A DNA stretch of 63,760 bases, counting the filler, from Octopus bimaculoides (Eukaryota): assembly GCF_001194135.2 (NCBI RefSeq). It is 5 parts of 4 records of this genome, joined end to end, with 100 filler letters (N's around TTAATTAATTAA, not from the genome) between each part and the next. Parts side by side here need not be neighbours in the genome. Positions count along the whole stretch, not along the records: positions 23,851 to 47,688 come from NC_068990.1; positions 47,789 to 59,558 come from NC_068987.1; 3 more parts are not named here. One strand, 5' to 3'. A program made the position numbers and the translations under genes. A model generated the notes under the pieces. It saw nothing but the letters and a program-made list of their open reading frames with translations, did no database searches and had not been told where the DNA came from. Shown piece after piece: positions 37,881 to 51,604 of the stretch (within the stretch, counting starts at the first letter, position 1; every line of letters starts with the position of its first letter).

Positions 37881-38409
37881 CGTGCGCGTGCGTGTTTTCT
37901 GTAAAATAACGTTACTAGGGATATCTTATGAACCGAATGCACGTCACTCGCTCTATGATTTATAAGACAATCGTTTTTTCTGTACTGCAGAACCAGCCAT
38001 CATTCTGATAAATAATAACTCTATAAAATCCTTAACTAGTTTTTAATTCTTAATAACCTTAACCCAGTACATAAATTAAATGAGAAGCATGATGGATGTT
38101 GAACTATATATAAGGTTTCTTAATAGAGACAGAAGAATGCATGGAAATTTTGCTTACGAATGAGAAAGTATTGAAAGTAATGGCGGATTTGATACACGAT
38201 TACTGGGATTAGTAAAAGGACGTTTCTCTCGAAAACAGAATTATCTTGAAGGACACAACGTCTTTTAACATTGCTGCAAAATACTAGTCTCGTTAGCCAA
38301 CGGCTATCTCTGTAGTATATAGATATCTTATTTTATAATATAGCTTTTATTTGCTTGAATTGCAGGTGCTGGCATAGTAATATGCCAGTGCCAGCATTCG
38401 ATCTGCAGA

Positions 38410-38870
38410 AGCGGAGAAATTGACAAAAAAAAAAAAAATCTCACTATCTTCAATTTGGTGTTCGTGCCTCTCATCGCGTATAATCATAAATATTGAGTTA
38501 ATGACTGAAAGAGTACGATTGTGGATACAAGCGTCCGAGATGGTGTTTGTCCGAATAATCACTGGACTAACGTTACTTCACAGGGTGCAAAGCTCGGAGA
38601 TCAGGGAGTCTCTCCAGGTCAAACACCGCTACTTCTCCACATTGAGAGATCACAGCTCTGGTACTACAGACGTATGATTAGAATATCATAGGAAAGACTC
38701 GCAAGATAGATTCTTCAAGCCGAGTCAACCGACAGGTCTAAGGGTAGACTAAGAACAATATGGTTGGATAATATCCATAGTTTCAGTTGGAGATCCAGCC
38801 GGAAATTCAAATGAATTGTTTCGGAGAAGAAACTATGGAGAAAACATCTAAGGACAACCCTCCTAGGAAT
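38410..38870 (+). mobile_element. RTE-clade LINE 3' coding fragment (Rex3/Expander-like), degenerate
   Basis: ELMTERVRLWIQASEMVFVRIITGLTLLHRVQSSEIRESLQV..PLLLHIERSQLWY..GRLRTIWLDNI with stops and frameshifts. Confidence 0.8.
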
Positions 38871-39929
38871 AGTGGGTGGAGAAGATTGATGGATGGATTT
38901 CTTATTAATACTGACTAGCAAAGGCGTCTAATTAGTAAAGCCGTGAGAGCATTGTATAGAATGACTCAGTATTTATACTGATTCATTGTTCTGAGTTCAA
39001 ATCGAATAGGGGTTAACGTTGCCTTTCATCCATTCATTGTAGATTTGTTTAATGCACCAATCCAAAGCTATATATTAACGGGACTATAAAAGGGTCAGGT
39101 ACTATATCTTGTGGTATCTGTTCCTATACTTTGCATTCTGACGGCAGCTCCAGCAACGACGCTGGTGCCAAGTTGTAAAGGTGAATGTTGACAGCTCTTC
39201 CCCTGAATAAGCATCAGTGACTTGAAGAGGGGAAACTTAGCAATGAATGAACAACTACAAAACTTCCTCAAAAAATGTTGCTCAGGCTTATACATATATG
39301 CGCAGATGCATGGCCAGCTTTGACCTACTAACAATATAGTACAGAAATAAACATATCAAATGTTCTTGCAATACATCTATCCTAGTCATCGCAGGACAGT
39401 TACCCACCACCCTTAGAATTCTCTACAAGCACAAAGTTTTACAATTACCGAAGGCCTCCTTCAATGACAATCACATATTTATATTATAACATTGCACAAA
39501 TGCAATGCTTCCTCTTCAGAATTAGAAATTATTTCAACTCATTTGTGAACAAGCCATCACACTATTGGTCTGACGGCTATCATCATTGCCATTATATTAC
39601 AATTGATTTTCTTCTGTTGTGCTATCATCTCCAACAATATACTCCAACATTTCTGTAACGATCTCTGCCCTTATGGTTGTCTTTTCAGTCTCGACAGTTG
39701 TTTAGTTGTGAGAAATGTCGTTGTTGTCAGGGGTGAGGCAATCATACTAGGTGTGAAAGAAACGTAAAAATTTTATCTTGCTTATTCTAGCCAATCAATT
39801 AAGGTAAGGCTGGATCCCAGGCGCTAAGAACCTTTGCTTCACCACAAATATTTGTTGTTGTTGTTGTTGATGATGTTTTTGTTGATGATGATGTTGTTGA
39901 TGTTGTTGATGTTGTCGGCGTCGCTGCTG

Positions 39930-39995
39930 TCGTTTAGCTCCAGATATTAAGATCTATGATCAGAGAAATTTCAACCATGACCATTCCATCGCTTG
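39930..39995 (-). mobile_element. Solo retroposon-like 3' end with (AAC/CAT)n tail, similar to the 18.8-19.6 kb tandem unit
   Basis: Minus strand GATGGAATGGTCATGGTTGAAATTTCTCTGATCATAGATC..GGAGCTAAACGAC followed by the simple-repeat tail at ~39853-39929. Confidence 0.6.
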
Positions 39996-40129
39996 TATGT
40001 ATGCATATAAGTGTGTGGGGGGGGGGACAACATTAACCAATGCGTTCTTCCTTTTATTTTTTTAGACAGTAAGATTTAATTTGAATTGGGTCACTATATC
40101 TTGAAGATAGATCGACTACAGAGAGTATT

Positions 40130-41340
40130 GCTTTGTTTATTTAGTTGTGTTTGTTGTATATTCGGGACAGTAGCTTAGTTGTAATGGCTGTTTGTTGACG
40201 TTTATTGTTATGGTTGTTTGTTTGGACAGCAGTTTAATTGTGATGGTTTTCATGTTGTGATGTTTGTTTAGTTGTAACGGTTGGCTAGTTGCAATGGTTG
40301 TTTTATTGTGATGGCTGTCTTATGGTTGCTTTGTTGAGACGGTTGCCTCGTGTGACGGGGGTCTTGTTATGACGATTGTCTTGTGATGGTTGTCTTCTGA
40401 TAGAAGTCTTGTTGTTTTGATGGTATTTTGAGTGTCCACAGAGATATGGTTAAATGATCAATGGGACTGCAATGTGAACATTCCTTCTATCCTAGTTATC
40501 TAACCGATCTGATTAAGACAGAGCGAGATAGAAAGAGAGAGACGGAGATGGTAAGAAAGCAACCCCAGTAGAGAATGAAAGGGGAAGTAAGCTACACCTG
40601 GATTTGAACGCAAAGCGCAAAGAGTCGAAATAATTATTATAATTGCACTATAACGATTCTGACAATTCAATACCGTTGAGTGATGATTGTTATGGTTATG
40701 GTGGTTGTTAGTCGGACTGGTTGTTGTTTTAGTTGCAATTGTCATTTTGTTTATTATGACTGTTTTGAATGGTTCGTGCTGGTGATGATTTATTTATTTT
40801 TTTATTTTTTTATAGATGTGATGATTTATCATTTTGATGGTACATTGGTTATGTTATGAAGATGTGAATTGTAGTAGCTGGTGGCTTTCTTGTCAAGACG
40901 GTCAGTCGTTTACTAGTGGAGATGATTTGTTATATTATAACAGTTGTTTGTTTACGATGGTCAAATGAAACGTTTATTGGTTGTGGTGGATATTGACTGT
41001 TATGATTGTTCACATTTGTCTGGTTGTGACATGTTAGTTGCTGTTATGGTCATTTGGTAATAATGTTCGTTTGGCTACGATGGCATATTTTTTATTCCTT
41101 TTGATAATGATTACTGAAAGCTTTTGAAGGTTGTTTATGGCGAGTGCTTATGATGCTTGTTTAATGGTGATGGTTATCTGAAGATGTTATTTCTTATGAC
41201 ATTCGTTTAGTGGTGATGGTTATCTGGAGATGACAGTTGCTCCTGATAGGTTTTGTTTGGTAAAAATGGTTGTCTTTTATGACGATTGTACGTTGCGATG
41301 GTTGGTCAATAGATCTACTTATTAGATTGTGATGGTCATG
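40130..41340. repeat. Cryptic G/T-rich degenerate repeat (TTGTGATGGTTGT-like motif)
   Basis: Strong strand skew with recurring GATGGTTGT/TTGTTATG words; interrupted by a SINE fragment at ~40560-40630. Confidence 0.7.
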
Positions 41341-41809
41341 ATTATGGAGATCCTATTACACTTTTTAACGTGTTGAGCACTGTTTAGAACACCTCACGGT
41401 ATTTGCTCCACCTCTATATACTTTCAGCTCAAATCTTGTTGAGGTCAACTTCCATCTTTTCGGCTTCGATACAAAAAAATACCATTCCAGGACAGTAAAT
41501 TAGTGAAACAGTTATAGAGTCGAGCAAAATACGTTATGGCATTTTTCCCGACTCTGCGTTCTGACAGCAGTGCCTTCGATGACAAAGGTACCAAGCTGTA
41601 TAGGGCCAAGTCGGTGGCTTTTCCCTCGGGTAACATTAGTATCGTGAAGATAGGAGACTTGCATACATGTGTAACAACTAGTTTTCCTTTAAAAGTCTTA
41701 CCAAAGCCTGCACATACAGGTACAGATGAATGATCATCCTTTACTGACGGAGTCTCCCGACAGAGAGACACAGAGAGAGAGAGAGAGGGAGAGAGAGAGA
41801 CAGACAGAC

Positions 41810-41866
<57 letters not shown>

Positions 41867-42514
41867 GGTTCATACAACTCACATCAAGGTAAAATAATTT
41901 CCAGTCGTTTCCTAATAAAATATGCAACAATAAAATACTAGATTTTAATCAATGCACTATGTTTCGCGTAGACATAATTACGTAGATATTTACACTAAAA
42001 ATACAAAGATACATACACGCATTACTTCCGCCGCAGAAAGAATGCTGTTCGAAATATACTCGCTTATATAGTATCGTAGGTGAAGTACAAATAAAACCGA
42101 GGCTCATTTTATTTCATAGAATAAGCCTTGATGTAAATTTCGAATACTCCTTTGTTTGTAAATGCTTTACAACTTAATGCTCTACTGACTATGGGTGGAT
42201 TCAGTATTTCACATAATAATTTCTTATTTAGATACAAGGCAAGATGTTCAGAAAAGAGGAACTTAGTCGATAGCAATGGTCCTTTTACTAAACTGGCACT
42301 TTATTTTACCCACACCGAAAAGGTGAAAGGCAAAGTTGACTGTGGCGAGGATTGAAATAAATTCTGCAAGGAATATATTTTCCGACACTCTAATGATTCT
42401 GCACTGCTATCAGCCTATCAGTGTATGGATGGATGGATGGATGGATGGATGGATGGATGCATGCATGCATGCATGCGTGTGTGTGTATATATATATACAT
42501 ACATACATACATAC

Positions 42515-42549
<35 letters not shown>

Positions 42550-42809
42550 ACGGGCTTCTTTCAGTTTCTGTCTACCAAATCCTCTCGCAAATGCTCTGGT
42601 TGGCCCAAGATGCCACCCAGTGGGTCTGAGCCTAGAACCATATGGTTGGGAAACAAGATTCATACCCCACACCCATCCATATATGTGTGTGTGTGTGTAT
42701 ACACACATACATGCATACATGCATACATTCACACATACATACACATACATGCATACATACATACATACATACATACATACATACATACATACATACATAC
42801 ATACATACA

Positions 42810-42845
<36 letters not shown>

Positions 42846-42932
42846 TACATACATACATACATACATACATGCGTACATATATACAAGCATACATACATAC
42901 ATACATACATACATACATACATGCATGCATAC

Positions 42933-43350
42933 ATGAGAAATCTGCAGTTACTCTATCCAGATTACAAGTTCAGGTTTATACCTGTAATTATTGGGGCCCT
43001 GGGATATGTAACACACTGCATAAATACCACTCTTGAGAAGTTATACTTCTCAAAACCAGAAAGGAGAAAGCTAATTCGAAGACAACAGATCCAATCCATC
43101 ACTGGAACTGTAAAAATCTGTAAAATTTTCCAGAAGTTTATCATTTAAATATATATGAGCATGTCTAGATATGCAACTATATGCATGAGAATACATACAT
43201 AAAACATACAAACCAGCACATACATACATATATAATACTACAAAAATACCCTGTTACTGTTGTTGAAATTCCAATGAAGGAACCTTGGATCTAGATTAGA
43301 AACCGGTTCTTTCTCTATTGGCAAGAACTCTTGAAATAAACTGAATAATG
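42933..43350 (+). mobile_element. 5'-truncated RLE-type (R2-group) LINE 3' end inside a (TACA)n array
   Basis: RNLQLLYPDYKFRFIPVIIGALGYV..LQ-like..SITGTVKICKIFQKF* (stop 43146-48), 3' UTR with AATAAA 43335-40, then (ACAT)n 43351-43455; (CATA)n also directly 5' (~42750-42932). Confidence 0.8.
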
Positions 43351-45223
43351 ACATACATACATACATACATACATACATGCATGCATTCATGCATTCATAC
43401 ATACATACATACATACATACATACATACATACATACATACATACATACATACATACAAAGAGCAATGTTGTCAACTTACGGAAAAAGTCCTCATTATCAT
43501 TGTCATTATTATTGATTCTTTTAAACGATTTCGTCTATGCTGGCAGAATATTTTGTAGCTCCATGCTTTGTCTTAGTTGCTTTATTTCCAGAAAACTCTA
43601 GCAAATGTATCTTCACATTATCTTAAATAAGGCACTAACGGAAAAATTAAGTGAAGCAGTTTAAAACATTGCTTCTGATACAGAAGTGATTTTATTTTCA
43701 ATCGTCAATAATCTAATGGAAAAATAAAGATGGCGGTTACCCTAAAGCTCTTTACGAAACAAACTTGACTTGCTAGCTGAAGGAAATATTGTGAATTATA
43801 GTGATTTGTGTGATGGAAATTTAAGCTATAACACGACACAGAGAGAGTAACAATGGCAAAATAGTGTTAAATAAAGATGAACATGTTTAATTCAGAGCAT
43901 CAAAAATGCAATTAGAAATACTAATGTAGTGAGTAGAAAAGAACAATAGATCCCGAATGAATATTTTAATCGTTTGAAGGAACAATGCTAGTCATTTTTC
44001 AGTCTTATTTGACCTCATCAGCTAAGCTTTAAATATATTCACGCTACTTAACTGTTGGGATTTCATGCAAGTGGCATCGCTGAGTAATCAACCTCAGTAT
44101 ATGTATGCGAGTGTATTGTGTGTGCGCGCGTGTGTGTGAGAGAGAGAGATTAGTGCGTGTGTGTGAGAGAGAGAGAGACTAGTGTGTGTGTGTGAGAGAG
44201 AGAGATAGACTAGTTTTTCCCTTAATATATGGAAAGAATACTGATACAATTACATTATCAGTAACGGTTACAATAGCAGAAACAACAAACAATCGGAGAC
44301 TCATATGTAAAGAAAGAAAAGCTAACACTGAACATTATAACTGATACATGAGAGATATCTAAATATATACAGAAAGGCTTAGTTATTATATATAAGGCGT
44401 CAAAACACAGTCAGAGTTAGATACTATATAATATACATATCTAAATACATGCATATATAGTTATATAAATAATATCTAAATAAGCATATGCTATATTAAC
44501 ACTACCATATTAAGGCCGGAACTATGCGTGTTGTAGGGTCGGGGCCCAGGAGACCCTTGCACCCTCGAATAATATAAGTTCGTCTCATTTCGAAGAAGGC
44601 GGAGACCCACTTCTTCGATGCAGCATCGAAGCCTATGATCACTTGTACATAAGACCTTGTACATAAGAACACATGAACAAAAGTAACAAAAATATAACAG
44701 TTTGAAAGAATGAGAAGTATATTTCTTCGTTTACTGAAAAAATTATCTATCCCCTTCTAAGATTAGAAAGTAGTAGTGTACTGAGATCCGATACGTTTGG
44801 ATAGGCAGGGCACGTTCTGATTGGTTCATACCGTCAAGTAAGGTAAAGTATGAAGGATTATGTTTTTGGCGCGCTTCTTTGAGATACTTTGCTTACACGT
44901 CACTGTATTACATGCGGGGAAACACAATTAGTTACATGATTCTAATGAATGATATTGACCTATGCTGGTAGTGTTATTGTGGTTTAGTTTCTCCATAAAT
45001 CAGTCTTGATCAAGCAGCACTAGGCTCAGAAACATCCAAGCCATATTCGTCACGTCCCAAAATAAAAGTGGATTAGAATGTATAACTGGTGGGAGATAGA
45101 TCAGATTGGGAATCAAATTATGTTGTAATAACTAAAGAATCAGTTATTCTACACATCCAAAAACACATCTACCTTAATTAGCGGTCCCAATACTCAATTT
45201 ATGACATTTCAGTATATATATAT

Positions 45224-45282
<59 letters not shown>

Positions 45283-45895
45283 TTCATATATATANNNNNN
45301 NNNNNNNNNNNNNNNNNNNNNNNNNNNNNNNNNNNNNNNNNNNNNNNNNNNNNNNNNNNNNNNNNNNNNNNNNNNNNNNNNNNNNNNNNNNNNNNNNNNN
45401 NNNNNNNNNNNNNNNNNNNNNNNNNNNNNNNNNNNNNNNNNNNNNNNNNNNNNNNNNNNNNNNNNNNNNNNNNNNNNNNNNNNNNNNNNNNNNNNNNNNN
45501 NNNNNNNNNNNNNNNNNNNNNNNNNNNNNNNNNNNNNNNNNNNNNNNNNNNNNNNNNNNNNNNNNNNNNNNNNNNNNNNNNNNNNNNNNNNNNNNNNNNN
45601 NNNNNNNNNNNNNNNNNNNNNNNNNNNNNNNNNNNNNNNNNNNNNNNNNNNNNNNNNNNNNNNNNNNNNNNNNNNNNNNNNNNNNNNNNNNNNNNNNNNN
45701 NNNNNNNNNNNNNNNNNNNNNNNNNNNNNNNNNNNNNNNNNNNNNNNNNNNNNNNNNNNNNNNNNNNNNNNNNNNNNNNNNNNNNNNNNNNNNNNNNNNN
45801 NNNNNNNNNNNNNNNNNNNNNNNNNNNNNNNNNNNNNNNNNNNNNNNNNNNNNNNNNNNNNNNNNNNNNNNNNNNNNNNNNNNNNNNNNNNNNNN

Positions 45896-45951
<56 letters not shown>

Positions 45952-47788
45952 TTTATTTATAATCATTTCTATTATAGGCAATAGGCTTGAAATTTTGTGG
46001 GAGGGAGTTACTCGATTATATCAACTCCCGTGCTTCACTGGCACTTTTTTTTCATTGGCCCCCGAAATGATGAAAGGCAAAGCTGACTTGAGCGAAATTT
46101 GTATTCATAACGTAATGACATTAAAATTACTAATAATGCATGATTATAATGAGCATATCAATAATATTTTACCAAGTAAAAATTAAAATCATTAAATATT
46201 ACAAGCAGTATTTTTATAAATAGATCTAGGATTGGTTGTATGGTAATAAGTTTGCTTCCCAGCCACAAGGTTTCGAGTTTAGCCTCACTGTGTGTCATCT
46301 TGGTTAAGTATTTTCTACTATAGACCCAGGCCAACCAAAGCCTTGTGAAAGAATTTGGTAGACAGAAACTAAACGAAGCAGCATACTTTAGAAAATACAT
46401 ACTGGGGTTCATTTATTCTACTAAAACCCTTCAAGCCAGTGACCCTAGCATGGCCACCGTCCAATTACTGAAACAAGTAAAAAATAAGACATTATAGAGA
46501 TAATCATGGGGACCAAAATAAAATAGAAAACCAACAAGAATAGCTACTTTGAAGAACAACGAAAGTTGATGAAGGAGTCCATAGAAAAAGAGAATTTCCA
46601 CAGAATTTCCAGAAAAAGGATTGGTAAAGGAACAGAGACTGTCTGTATATTCTTCAGACTAGCGAATCTGATTTCGTATCAGAAGGAGCATGAGTGGACG
46701 GTGTTGATAAACCGCAATTACGGCGAAATACAGAATCTACCGTTTTCGCCATCACTTCTAGTGGGGTTTTCGTTTTGCGTCACACGGAAGTGCTAGAATT
46801 CGCCTCACAATGAAGTGTGTCTGTAAAGGGATTTCTCGACCGATAAACCGCTGCTTCTGGTGTTTAAGCCACACAAGTTTGTTAAGCATGTGGTATCGGC
46901 AATGTTTAAATAGATATAATATTTAAAAATCAATAAAGGAATCCTGATATTTGTTGTGAAAATTAGGGCTGACTTCTAGAAAACTCTAGTTGTTATACTG
47001 TTGGCGTTTAAAGGTTCACAGTTTTTAAGAGTTTTAAAAGATTCTTAAGAAAGGCATGATCGGGTGGCGAGAGAGTCTTTTTATTTTGAGGCTAGAAGTC
47101 TTCTATTAGAGAGTTTTTTCTGGGAATTTGAGATCATTATATTCTTCCCAGTATAGGAGTAAGGCAGACAGAAAAGCAGAAAAATGAACTACCCCTGCAA
47201 TGCCTCGTTCTTTGCTGCATTTATAGAAAATCAATTTGTCACTTGTGACAGAAATGAAAAATGATCATCCATCATCATCACCAAAACTATCATCATCACC
47301 AAAACCATCATCATCATCCCTACAACCATCACCATCAATTCCCCGCAGCCATCACCAGCATCACCATCATGACCACCACTTCCATCACTATCACCACCAT
47401 CACAACCACCACCATCATCATCATTATCTCCGATGTCCTCGTTATTTAGTTACTTAAATGATTTTAATTAATTAATAAAATAATCTCTATAACTCTTAAG
47501 TATAAACAACTTTTTTTAATGAGTCGGTAAAACGTTTCAACGAGTGGGTTCGGTTTCGATTCCTGTTTTGATACTTTTCTTTTGAAATCACTGAGGCCAC
47601 AAATACACTCGTGAAACATTAAGATCCCACAAATTATGTATTTCCTCTACCACACCCCCAAATCTACGTATACGTTTCCGTGTGTGTCNNNNNNNNNNNN
47701 NNNNNNNNNNNNNNNNNNNNNNNNNNNNNNNNTTAATTAATTAANNNNNNNNNNNNNNNNNNNNNNNNNNNNNNNNNNNNNNNNNNNN

Positions 47789-47846
<58 letters not shown>

Positions 47847-47856
47847 ATATATATAG

Positions 47857-48198
47857 GAAGAGACCCCCCTTCGATCATGAACGACAATGGGATTGCACCT
47901 AGAAAGTTACCCTCCAAGGCACAAGTCCGGGCAAGTCTGCTTACGGAGTTCCAGCAGTCAGCCACGCATACCAGCCTCCCGTCTCCACACGACTGATGTT
48001 AACCAAGGGAAAGGCAAAAGGGCCGATACAACTTGGCTCCAGGGATTTCGCTACTCATTACTACAACTGAGTTAACTAGAGCAAGCTGAATTTAAGTGTC
48101 TTGCTCAAGAACACAACATGCAGCCCGGTCCGGAAATCGAGCTCACAACTTCATGATCGTAAGCTCGATGCTCTAACCACGGAACCATGCACCTTCAC
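47857..48198 (-). mobile_element. Near-complete tRNA-derived SINE (third family, CORE-like GTGTTCTTGAGCAAGACACTT segment)
   Basis: Minus strand GTGAAGGTGCATGGTTCCGTGGTTAGAGC..GAGCTCGATTTCC head; older relatives at ~39135-39250 and ~41545-41760. Confidence 0.75.
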
Positions 48199-48407
48199 TA
48201 AGTATATATATTTATATATATATAGATATATATATGTGTGTGTCTGTGTATGTGTGTATATATATTCACATATGCATCTGTTTGTTCCAATATTTATGAA
48301 GATGTCCAATCTAACTTGCATGTGTTGCTTATGATACCATAAGCTACAGTGAAGGTCATATAATATTGCTAGCCAAAAAACCAGTGAAGTTAAGAAAAAC
48401 TGGCGGA

Positions 48408-48489
<82 letters not shown>

Positions 48490-48519
48490 AACCCAGTGAA
48501 GTTAAGAAAAACTGGCGGA

Positions 48520-48560
<41 letters not shown>

Positions 48561-49298
48561 TTGTTTGAGACATAGGCAGTCTTCGTAACGAATAATAATT
48601 ATCAAAAAATCTAATCTAACTTGGATGCTCTCCTCATAACGCAATAAGCTACGGTGAAAGTCTCGAAAAATCATTTTGTGTAGAAGAAAAATACTAATAA
48701 GCGTCGACATCTTATGTAGACTGACGAACCTTTCCTCTGCACCAACGGATGGCGCTACTATATCATACGATTCACCGTATTTCGGATAATCACCAGCAGG
48801 AAGCCAGTCAAATGTATAGCGAATAATACCGGCTAAAATAACTATGTCAGCCTCGAAATTTTTGTTTATAGGTTGATGAATACGGTGAGGTTAGATTTCC
48901 GAAAACCATATTTTTGATAATGTAGCACATTTTCTCAGATTGCATCTTAGTAAACATATGCATTGCAAAATGTGGTTGTGAGTTTGACATGCATGCAAGT
49001 GAAACGGGAAATTGTCTTCAATCGTGACGTTATACTCGGAGATGTCTGTGTGAGCAAATTTTGAAGACATTCGTATGACACGCAGTATTCCAAAATGGTA
49101 ACCATTTTCCCTATTAACATACGTAAAAGAATAATATCACATGACAAGATCTCATTGACACATTTTATTTTTGAGTATATTCTTTGTACTTCAGAAGAAA
49201 CTCCATTCAAAATGGCAGCAGTCTTTTCGCAATCAGATACATTGAAACACCAGGCATATACTTCATAAGGTTAATATTTTCATCAATGATAATGCAGT

Positions 49299-49492
49299 GA
49301 GCTGGCCGAATCGTTAGCTCTCCGGGTGAAATGCTTAACGGTGTTGTTTCGTCCGTTTTTACATTTTGAGTTCAGATTCCGCTGAGGTCGACTCCGCATC
49401 TTATTCTTTCGGGGGGCGGTAAAATAAGTGTCAAATGCAATCAACTTAACCCCTTCTCGGAACTTTCTAGTCTTGTGCCAAAATTTGAAGCC
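49299..49492 (+). mobile_element. tRNA-derived SINE
   Basis: Same head, core and 3' end as 13329-13533. Confidence 0.85.
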
Positions 49493-50576
49493 AATATTTT
49501 CTTCTATAACAATATGAAATTCTATAGGGTTTCAGAGATGAGAGGATATTCTAAGCATCTAGCATGGTGGTTCTTGTATCAACTGTCGTTTTCTCACTTA
49601 CTTTTTAAGTAGCCCATTGTTTGAATTTCCGATTCCCCTCATTTACTCATTTAGTTTACATTTCCATATTTTTGTTGCCTCGTACTTGACACTGGTTGTT
49701 CCTATTTATGAAACTCTTTGCAGCTTTCATTTAGTTTGTAATTAAATATTTGTATCTAAAATAACGTTTTATCAGTTACTTATTAACTCATAATTGCGTT
49801 TCATTAATATGTGAAATGAATCATTATTAAACCGGAATACTATAATTTGAAGTCGAGTAAATTAATTAAAATTAATCGTTGTTTATATTTTTAAAGGAAT
49901 GACTAAAGAATAAAAGAAAAGGACGGCCAAGGAAAACAGAATAAGACAAAATAAGACTAGAGGGTGCCTATGAAATAAGGTAAAGAACACCAAACGGAAA
50001 AAAAGAGATTAAAAGAATCATAAGAGAATGAGGAAAACGAAGTACAGAGCTGAAAGGAGTTTGTGACAGTGATAAAAAAAAAAGAGAGTAATGGATTGAG
50101 AGAGGAAAAGAGAGATGACAGACGGGATGGATATTGTAGAAGCAAATGATTCTGTGAAAAGGAAGACAGAGAAAAGTAAAATACTGGGACATAGCAGCGT
50201 GAAAGTACCAAAGTACCGGATGAGCAATCGAAAATTTCTCATAGAAGAACGAGAAATGGGGATATCAGCATTCACGCTCATAATTTATATATACATACAT
50301 ACATATATATATATATANNNNNNNNNNNNNNNNNNNNNNNNNNNNNNNNNNNNNNNNNNNNNNNNNNNNNNNNNNNNNNNNNNNNNNNNNNNNNNNNNNN
50401 NNNNNNNNNNNNNNNNNNNNNNNNNNNNNNNNNNNNNNNNNNNNNNNNNNNNNNNNNNNNNNNNNNNNNNNNNNNNNNNNNNNNNNNNNNNNNNNNNNNN
50501 NNNNNNNNNNNNNNNNNNNNNNNNNNNNNNNNNNNNNNNNNNNNNNNNNNNNNNNNNNNNNNNNNNNNNNNNNNNN

Positions 50577-50611
<35 letters not shown>

Positions 50612-51033
50612 CACACATAGTCGCATAACCGTTTCTGTCTCTCTCTTACTTCTTATTAGGCTATATAAATATCTTTCATTCGTAAGTGAGGTCAATCCAA
50701 CAAGTTGAATCTTTCAAAACCTAAATCCTCGGCTTAAAACAACTGACAGATCCTGTCTGATCTTCAGTTTGACCAATTCTCTCTATGTTAATCTCTTCAC
50801 ATAATACTGAAATCGATAGAAAAAAGAAAACGTTCCTATTTGCGAGAATGATACGCTTTCTTTCATTTTTCATTTTCTTTCTTTTCTTCTCCAGTCTTTC
50901 TTTCGGTTATCTTTCCTTCTTTCCCTCCTTTCTCGCTTTCACTTTCACTCCGCTTCTTTGTCGTTACTGATCTCTTCTCATCTTCAGCGGGTCTTTCATA
51001 CTTTAGGCCGTTCAGCCTTTTCTTTCCTTTCTT

Positions 51034-51079
<46 letters not shown>

Positions 51080-51269
51080 GTATATACATAGACATATATA
51101 TATGCATGTATGTATGTATGTAAAATTTGTATATATATGTGCGTGTGCATGTTATATATATACATATGTGTGTGTGTGCATGCATGTATGTATATTACAA
51201 ATTCCCGCTTTTTAACGTTGTAATCGCAACGGTACGTTACTTCCTTTTGTTTACCCGCCTCTCTACTCA

Positions 51270-51557
51270 TATTTTCTCCTTCAGTTCATCTCTCTCACCA
51301 CTCATCACGATTTTTTTCGGTGCTATGTTAGTCTCTTTACCTCTCTTAAAATTCCTTCTCTTTCCTTCTCAAACTGATTTTTTTCTTTATGTCTCCTCAC
51401 ACCGTCCTTTTCACTCATTCATTCCATCTGCTCTCACATTAACGCTCTCTCTTCTTTCTTTGTGTACCTCTTATTTCTAGCTCACCCTCTGCTCTCTTTC
51501 TTTTTTCTCTTACTACTTGCAATATCATAACTTTTGGTTATCTTCAACTGTGCCTCT

Positions 51558-51604
<47 letters not shown>

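Noticed and set aside
44815-44925. CCAAT plus E2F-like motifs as a cell-cycle promoter
   Set aside because: Only one canonical TTTGGCGC; the second site is non-canonical (GCGGGGAAA), and there is no downstream gene evidence.
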